64,000 bases of DNA from contig JAQBUT010000021.1 in the NCBI GenBank assembly GCA_027623195.1, forward strand, positions 1-64,000, in the 5' to 3' direction. The notes beneath the pieces are model-generated. The model was not told the DNA's origin, did no database searches, and was given only the letters and a program-made list of their open reading frames with translations. This DNA comes from Chloroflexota bacterium. Its GTDB lineage: Bacteria > Chloroflexota > Dehalococcoidia > Lucifugimonadales > JADFKI01. Positions 58,261 to 64,000 of the stretch are shown piece by piece; the first letter of the stretch is position 1, and the number at the start of each line of letters is the position of its first letter. The position numbers were made by a program, and so were the translations under genes.

Positions 58261-60222
58261 ATGCCGCAGGCCAAATGGCTGGTAAAGGTGGACTGGAATG
58301 GGGACGGAGACTTCAGCGACGCCAACGAGGACGTGACATCTGAAGTGCTGGGACTGACGCTGGAGCACTTTCGGGACCTGACCAGCGGGCACATAGAGGC
58401 GGCGCGTCTTGAGCTTCAGTTACGTAACGATAATCACAAGTACAGTCCTCCCAACGCGTCGTCGCCCCTTAGCGGGAACCTGAAGCCCGGGCGCAAAGTG
58501 TGGCTCAGGGCGGCATTTCCTTTCGACAGCTTTACGGACAGTGGAGGGAAGCAGCTATCAACCCACACACCGGATTACGACGGCACCTTCTCCTGGAGCG
58601 AACATCTTCAGGGATTCGACGTAGTCCCCGGTGGCGTCGGCGCTCAAACAGACGGCATCGAAAGCAATGGCGACTGCGTTGCCACAATGGACTTCGCAGA
58701 GGCAGACCTCTCTTTGGGCTGTGACTTTACCAGGGGTACTGATGCAACGGACCACGGTGGCCTTTGCTTTCGATACTCGAATACCAGCAACTACCTGTAC
58801 GCCCGTGTGACAGGTTCTGCTATCGAGGTGAGAAAGGTAGAGGCGGGATCGGATTCGCTTGTCGCATCGGCGTTGCACACCTGGGCATCCACAACTCAGA
58901 AATTCTTGCAAGTGCTGCTGCACGGGAATGCCATCCGAGTCTTCGTTAACGACACGGAGGTTATCGACGCCAGTTCGTCGTTCAACGCTACGGCCACCCG
59001 CCATGGCCTCTTCTGTGACGATGAGGCCGACCATAAATGGGATGCTTTCGGTGGCTGGGTTTCGCTCTTCTACGGCTGGGTGGACTCCATCCACCCGCGA
59101 CCGCGAATCGGAGCGCAATACTGCTACCTGCGCGCCCTGGACGAGATGGAGCGGCTAACGGGCACTACCCTGTACATGGCCCCGACTTCCTCGTTTCCTC
59201 AAACCTCAGACGAAATTTTGGGGGACATACTGAATTATGGTGATGTCGATTCGAGCCGTCGCCAGTTAGACACAGGGGTTCAGCTAGTCCCCTCTTTGTG
59301 GAGCGCTCCGGAATGGGGGGTCCAGGCCACCGATGAGATACATCGCCTGCAGGACGAGGAGGATGGCTTCGTCTATGTGGACGGCCATGGCTACTGGCGA
59401 TTGGAAAACCGCTCTCACCGGACAAGTGCGCCTCACAGCACCTCATTGGCTACTCTCAAAGACACGGACGATGGAACGAACCCTTACTTCTCGGAGTTGG
59501 TGTGGGACGACGGGGTGGACAACGTCGAGAACCTGGTATTCATGAAAGTGTGGGAGGCGACCAACAACGGCCTCAACACGGTATGGACCCTTACGGAGAA
59601 ACCAACGTTCAGCGCGAACGAGACCAAGGATTTTCTAGCGGAGAGTAAGGACTACGATATTGTCGTTGGGCAGCTTACGCCTCTGGAGAATACGGACTAC
59701 GACGCCAATACCGTCCAGGATGGCTCGGGAACCGACATCTCCAGCCAGCTAACCGTAACCCACCCGAGCACCGCGAACTTCAACGGCAAGGGTACTTTGA
59801 TTCGCGTCACCTTCGGGGCGACGCCCGGTTACCTTACGCTGTTGAAGCTGCGTAGCCTCAACGCGCTGACGTTGGATGCCCCTGTCCTGGTTAAAGCAGA
59901 CGACAGCACCAGCAAATCAACGTTCGGCCAACGCATCAGAAGCATCGATGCCCGCTGGACCAGGGAGGTAGGCGTTGCGCAGGCCACGGTGGACAGCAGG
60001 CTGGCCCGGCGGAAGGACCCCAGGACGGTGCTTAATCTAGTAGTGGTAAATGGCTCAGCGGCCAACCTGATGCTGATCCTGCAGCGCGCATTCTCGGACC
60101 GAGTGACGATCAGCTACAGCGCCATGGGCATCAGTGAAGATTTCTTGGTAGAGGGACATCGGCTTATTGTGAGCCGCGGCTGGACCCTGGTAGAGCGTGA
60201 GCTGCTGCTGCAGGGGGTTTAG
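58261..60222 (+). CDS. Tail tip/baseplate hub-like minor tail protein with inserted beta-sandwich (lectin-like) domain
   Basis: N-terminal VDWNGDG..EDVT..LELQLRN..KYSP.N..SPL.G.LKPGR; resumes at LFYGWVDSI..LRALD after a beta-rich insert; EDGFVYVDG.G; C-terminal DRVTI..FLVEG. Confidence 0.68.
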   Translation: MPQAKWLVKVDWNGDGDFSDANEDVTSEVLGLTLEHFRDLTSGHIEAARLELQLRNDNHKYSPPNASSPLSGNLKPGRKVWLRAAFPFDSFTDSGGKQLSTHTPDYDGTFSWSEHLQGFDVVPGGVGAQTDGIESNGDCVATMDFAEADLSLGCDFTRGTDATDHGGLCFRYSNTSNYLYARVTGSAIEVRKVEAGSDSLVASALHTWASTTQKFLQVLLHGNAIRVFVNDTEVIDASSSFNATATRHGLFCDDEADHKWDAFGGWVSLFYGWVDSIHPRPRIGAQYCYLRALDEMERLTGTTLYMAPTSSFPQTSDEILGDILNYGDVDSSRRQLDTGVQLVPSLWSAPEWGVQATDEIHRLQDEEDGFVYVDGHGYWRLENRSHRTSAPHSTSLATLKDTDDGTNPYFSELVWDDGVDNVENLVFMKVWEATNNGLNTVWTLTEKPTFSANETKDFLAESKDYDIVVGQLTPLENTDYDANTVQDGSGTDISSQLTVTHPSTANFNGKGTLIRVTFGATPGYLTLLKLRSLNALTLDAPVLVKADDSTSKSTFGQRIRSIDARWTREVGVAQATVDSRLARRKDPRTVLNLVVVNGSAANLMLILQRAFSDRVTISYSAMGISEDFLVEGHRLIVSRGWTLVERELLLQGV

Positions 60223-60225
60223 GGG

Positions 60226-60323
60226 GTAGTCGTTAGTTCTTAGTATTTAGTGGAGTTGCCGGGGCACCGATGGCCACTTGCGCAAGTCTCCTTACTAACA
60301 ACTCAAAACTAATAACCAATTAC
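60226..60323. repeat. Heptamer-periodic imperfect inverted repeat
   Basis: GTAGTCGTTAGTTCTTAGTATTTAGTGGAG ... CTCCTTACTAACAACTCAAAACTAATAACCAATTAC; same style as 17073-17153. Confidence 0.65.
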
Positions 60324-60342
60324 TCGACACTTGGAGCCACGC

Positions 60343-60564
60343 ATGCAAATAGATCTAACGCAATTCCTGAACGCCGGCATAGCGGGCATAATCCTGCTCT
60401 GGTTCATGTTCCGGTTGGAGCGCATCCTCACCCGATTCGACAAGACGGTGCAGTTGATGACCCGCGCCATCATCCGGCTGCTGGAGCGCCACGACGAGCA
60501 TCTGGCCACTCAACTCAGCAAGGAGCTTTACGGCGTAAACGGGGACGAGAGCGGTGGTGGGTAG
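60343..60564 (+). CDS. Small single-TM plus coiled-coil protein (YvrJ/BhlA holin-like)
   Basis: NAGIAGIILLWFMFRLERIL..FDKTVQLMTRAI; GGAG RBS; last gene of the tail operon. Confidence 0.6.
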   Translation: MQIDLTQFLNAGIAGIILLWFMFRLERILTRFDKTVQLMTRAIIRLLERHDEHLATQLSKELYGVNGDESGGG

Positions 60565-60639
60565 AGGGGGAACTCGTAGTCGAAATTGAGCGGTCCACTG
60601 TTCTTTTACGACTGCGTATTTGAAGGGGATTCATGGACG

Positions 60640-60671
60640 AAAAAGGGGCGGAATTGATTCCGCCCCTTTTT
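60640..60671. terminator. Bidirectional intrinsic terminator
   Basis: AAAAAGGGGCGGAAT-TG-ATTCCGCCCCTTTTT between convergent genes. Confidence 0.9.
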
Positions 60672-60693
60672 AAATTCTGATTCTTATTGCTGG

Positions 60694-61719
60694 CTAACCC
60701 TTTTGGTAAACCTGTATGCGGTGCCGCGACGTCTCTGTCACGAACATGTGGCCTTGCGGGTCTACGTTGACCGAGGCGGGACCCCAGAAGTAGGGCTCGA
60801 TCTGTGACGAGACAAGGTGCGGTGTGTTGTACTGCTTTGGAAGCTCTTTGGGGTCTAGGTTCGAGATCTTTCGAGTTGCCGTCTCATCCAGGTTGGCGGC
60901 AAAAAATTCGTGGGCCCACTTGGAAAGTGTAGCCTCGCCAAGCAAGGTGGCCCGGTGAGCGAAATCGGCTCCGAAAATCTGGATTCGTTCGTTCTCCCAA
61001 TCCGCCACGTAGATGAACCCGTCTGAGTCCACATCCACGCTGGATGGCCTGCTCATCTGGCCGTCGGCCCGACCCGAGCCTCCGAACTGACCAAGGTACT
61101 GGCCATCACCGGAAAACTTCTGGATGCGATCGTTGCGCCAGTCTGCCACGAATACGCTTCCGTCGGGTGCGGCGTCCACGCCCCAGGGCATGTTCATCTG
61201 GCCGTCGCCGCTGCCGAAGCCGCCAAAGGCCAGTATGAAACGACCATCCTTGGAGAACTTCTGCACCCTGTGGTTGTTCTGGTCGGCAATGTAAACGTTG
61301 TCGTCGGCATCAATATCTATGCCCGACGGTCCGTCCAACTGGCCGTCTCCGCTGCCGCCTTCGCCCCAGTTACGTATGAAATTACCGTCCGCGTCGAAAA
61401 CGACAACTCGATTGTGAAACTCGTCGGTGACGTGCAGGTTCGTGTCACTATCCATGGAGAGGCCCGCAGGCAACTTGAACTGGCCGTCGTCGTCGCCGAA
61501 CTTACCGAACTCGTAAAGGTAGTCCTCGTCTATGTTAGTGACGCCTACGCGGGCGAAGTTAGGCGCTCCGCGGTTCATCACAAAGATGCGTCCGTCTGGA
61601 TGGAATGCCACGTCGACGGGATTAGCAAACCCCCGACCTATCGGCTGATTGTTCACGATGCCGATTGTCTTGAGGTAGCTCAGTTTAATTGTCTTGGATG
61701 CCGATTGCGTTGTCATCAA
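60694..61719 (-). CDS. NHL-repeat beta-propeller protein
   Basis: Repeated GSGDGQ(F/L/M)xxPxG(I/V)...ADxxNxR(I/V)Q units. Confidence 0.9.
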   Translation of the reverse strand: MMTTQSASKTIKLSYLKTIGIVNNQPIGRGFANPVDVAFHPDGRIFVMNRGAPNFARVGVTNIDEDYLYEFGKFGDDDGQFKLPAGLSMDSDTNLHVTDEFHNRVVVFDADGNFIRNWGEGGSGDGQLDGPSGIDIDADDNVYIADQNNHRVQKFSKDGRFILAFGGFGSGDGQMNMPWGVDAAPDGSVFVADWRNDRIQKFSGDGQYLGQFGGSGRADGQMSRPSSVDVDSDGFIYVADWENERIQIFGADFAHRATLLGEATLSKWAHEFFAANLDETATRKISNLDPKELPKQYNTPHLVSSQIEPYFWGPASVNVDPQGHMFVTETSRHRIQVYQKG

Positions 61720-61743
61720 ATGTACCCTGGGTCTGGCTTCAAG

Positions 61744-63186
61744 TTAGTTAATCTGATATTCCGTGGTAGATGCGATGAGACCAAGCAACTCGCCGATACG
61801 CTGCTCCGACTCGTCACCGGCCTGATGACCTGCCAGAGAAATGGAACCTTTTTCTGCGACTCGTCCCATTAAGGAGTCTCGGGTCTCCGGGTCAACCTGT
61901 CCGGTGCCCAGTAGATCCAGGCAGCTGTCCACAATCTCCTCGGGGGCATACTGACCGCCATTGTTGTTGGCCAATATTTCGATGATGGCGCGGACGCCTG
62001 GCTTGGTGATGTCGCTAATTTCCTTGGCTGCGAAGTTCACTCTCTCCACCAGGGAGCCGCTGTTTATCCATTCCGTGCCCTCGTGCCAGCCCTCTACCGA
62101 TGGCGGATTGAGCAGTGTTTGGCCCATGTATCCTGGCAAGTCCGCGCCTGGAACCATTTCCAGCGTAGGTTTGGTCACGCCGCCGCTGAGCCGCATTGTC
62201 CCGGCCACTAATTCCGCCGGGCCTTTGATCCTAGTGTACTGGGCCTTCTTGAAAAAGTCCGAGTTGAACAGAACGTTCAGCATGTGACCTATATTGTGGC
62301 CGCCGTCGAAGTAGGCCTGCGCTAATGTGTCGATGGCTTCGGGGTCTTTGGGCGGAGTGTAGGGCCACTGGGGCACCGGCTCCTCGTCTGCCACAAAGTA
62401 GTCGTACAAGTGTCGGGCGATGTAACGGGAAGTGGCTGGCTGCTCGCAGATGATGCGAATGATGTCGTCGCCGTTCAGGTCGCCGGTCTCACCCAGGAAG
62501 CGCTTCTCGCCATGGTCATGGTCGTTGTCGCGGAAGTCGAAGTGCCACGCGATGCGTCCGTATGGCCAGATAGAGTCCTTGGAGGCCCGCATAGCCATGT
62601 ATTCGGCATTGCCCAGCGTCCAACCTGTAAAGGCTCGTGAGGCCTCTTTGACATCGTCCTCAGAGTAGTTGCCGATGCCCATGGTAAAGAGCTCTAGCAA
62701 CTCCCGGCCCCAGTTCTCGTTAATGGCGCCGTTGTGGTTGTCCTGGTTGTCCAACCAGATGATCATTGATGGGTCCTGGGCCAGTTCGATGAGCAGATCG
62801 TCAAGCTTGCCCAGTCCATAGTTGCGGAACATGTCTATCTGGTTCAGCAGCGCCCTTGCCTGATTGGTCTTGGCGTAGCCCGTGGCGAAGATGCCGTGCC
62901 AGAACAGCGCGATCTTCTCCTGCATCGGGGCTTTGGTCGTCACCATGCGGTACAGCCAGTAGGCCGCTGCCGAATTGCCAAACCTGAGCTCGTGCATGTC
63001 CGTGTGGTAGCGCTTGATGAGATCATCAGGCAGGTTTTGCGGATTCTCCGCCCGGAGCAATTCATCCACGGCGTCCTCGTAGCTAAGCGACGAGTAGTAG
63101 TCAAGCTCGTCCGGTGTGGCGCCGAATCCAGCCCTGCGAAGCAGGTGCGCATATTTGGAAGTGTCTTTGGCGGTCGTAGTAGTCAT
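61744..63186 (-). CDS. DUF1800 family protein
   Basis: HLLRRAGFG, EKIALFWH, NENWGRELLELFTMG, RAFTGW, PPSVEGW. Confidence 0.93.
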   Translation of the reverse strand: MTTTTAKDTSKYAHLLRRAGFGATPDELDYYSSLSYEDAVDELLRAENPQNLPDDLIKRYHTDMHELRFGNSAAAYWLYRMVTTKAPMQEKIALFWHGIFATGYAKTNQARALLNQIDMFRNYGLGKLDDLLIELAQDPSMIIWLDNQDNHNGAINENWGRELLELFTMGIGNYSEDDVKEASRAFTGWTLGNAEYMAMRASKDSIWPYGRIAWHFDFRDNDHDHGEKRFLGETGDLNGDDIIRIICEQPATSRYIARHLYDYFVADEEPVPQWPYTPPKDPEAIDTLAQAYFDGGHNIGHMLNVLFNSDFFKKAQYTRIKGPAELVAGTMRLSGGVTKPTLEMVPGADLPGYMGQTLLNPPSVEGWHEGTEWINSGSLVERVNFAAKEISDITKPGVRAIIEILANNNGGQYAPEEIVDSCLDLLGTGQVDPETRDSLMGRVAEKGSISLAGHQAGDESEQRIGELLGLIASTTEYQIN

Positions 63187-63190
63187 ATTG

Positions 63191-64000
63191 TTACGGCCTC
63201 GAGAAGTTCAATTTTTCAAATTTACCGTTTACGATGGACGGAGCGTCCACCTCCATCCAGTCCTCCAGCAACTCTGTGTATGTGCTGCGGAAGTCGTTAT
63301 TGAAGTGCATGTCGCCCTCCAACTGTTCTACTGATTTGAGGGAAGGCTGCTCTCCGTAAAGTCCGCCCTTGACCGAGCCACCGATCACAAAGGCCACTCC
63401 TCCAGAACCGTGGTCGGTGCCAGAGCCGTTGTCCTTGATACGACGCCCGAACTCGGAGAATATTACGATTACCGCATCCTTGTCGTAGCCGTGCTCTTCC
63501 ATATCATTCATGAAATCGCTGACGGAGGAAGACATATCGCCAATCAGCTTGGTGTGCAGCGGAATCTCGCCAGAGTGGTGGTCGTAGCTGCCTTGGCCTG
63601 TGTAGAAGATGCGGGTGCCCACGTCTGCGAACATCACCTGGGCTGCGTCCCTAAGGCTTTGCGCCAGTGAGTGGTCTGCATACTCCACGCTGGAGGAGTA
63701 CTTTTGTGGCGCGGTGCCAAGGATGTCGGCACCCTTCAGGACTCCCTGCCCGGTCTGATGTATGAATTCCTTGACGGCGTCCCTGCCGGATCCACCGTAC
63801 ATCTGCGAAAACATGGCCAGAGTTTGATTGCGAATCTGGTCATCTTTAATGTCGGGGTAAAGGCCGTATGTGGCCAGGTCTCCTACAGAGGCTACGGGTA
63901 CACCCTGGGCCGAGAGGGCTCTTGGCAGTCCGCGGCCAAAGTTTACGGCCGTAAGAACGTTTTCACCGTGGGGGTCCAGCTCACGCACCGTTTTGCCTAG
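63191..64000 (-). CDS. DUF1501 family protein (5'-truncated by the window edge)
   Basis: YDHH, SEFGRR..NGSGTDHG, DFRSTY; the frame stays open to the window end. Confidence 0.92.
   Translation of the reverse strand, partial: LGKTVRELDPHGENVLTAVNFGRGLPRALSAQGVPVASVGDLATYGLYPDIKDDQIRNQTLAMFSQMYGGSGRDAVKEFIHQTGQGVLKGADILGTAPQKYSSSVEYADHSLAQSLRDAAQVMFADVGTRIFYTGQGSYDHHSGEIPLHTKLIGDMSSSVSDFMNDMEEHGYDKDAVIVIFSEFGRRIKDNGSGTDHGSGGVAFVIGGSVKGGLYGEQPSLKSVEQLEGDMHFNNDFRSTYTELLEDWMEVDAPSIVNGKFEKLNFSRP

Noticed and set aside
56890..60564. Intact prophage, or contractile system (R-tailocin/eCIS/T6SS)
   Set aside because: No integrase, terminase, portal, capsid, sheath, baseplate wedge or VgrG/PAAR-like gene is recognisable, and both flanks are ordinary chromosomal genes.
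97..64000. Numerous antisense and alternate-frame ORFs of 60-250 aa
   Set aside because: They shadow well-supported genes in GC-rich DNA and show no protein motifs.
1..64000. tRNA, rRNA or CRISPR arrays
   Set aside because: None recognised by eye in any intergenic region; a covariance-model scan would be needed to exclude atypical RNAs.

Overview
This is a bacterial chromosomal window. Gene content (luciferase-like monooxygenases, CaiB and other CoA-transferases, NHL proteins, DUF1800/DUF1501, an 11-subunit complex I, GAAC-N4-GTTC LexA boxes, a T-box) suggests Chloroflexota, probably Dehalococcoidia/SAR202-like; this is an inference. Housekeeping and metabolic genes dominate: pfp, mfd, mscL, nuoA-D and H-N, pcrA, speD/speE, and cimA under an Ile T-box. 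The most unusual feature is a compact, intact siphophage-type tail operon at 56.9-60.6 kb: tail tube, fused G/T-like chaperone, a ~107-aa tape-measure-like gene, a hub/tip protein with an inserted lectin-like domain, and a holin-like gene. It has no head, integrase or replication genes, and lies behind a sigma70 promoter with a LexA box in its spacer, followed immediately by a terminator. A separate phage-like switch at 35.9-37.3 kb (ImmA-like, XRE repressor, divergent double zinc-ribbon gene) also carries SOS boxes. Together these suggest a domesticated, SOS-controlled GTA- or tailocin-like system. Other notable items are a split ORF that is probably a UxxC selenoprotein with a SECIS hairpin, a DUF559 gene plus REP doublet inside the nuo operon, an IS1380 relic, heptamer-periodic palindromes, and an AT-rich Zn-finger/NDT-like gene. 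No rRNA, tRNA or CRISPR array was recognised. All calls come from reading the sequence; no searches were run.
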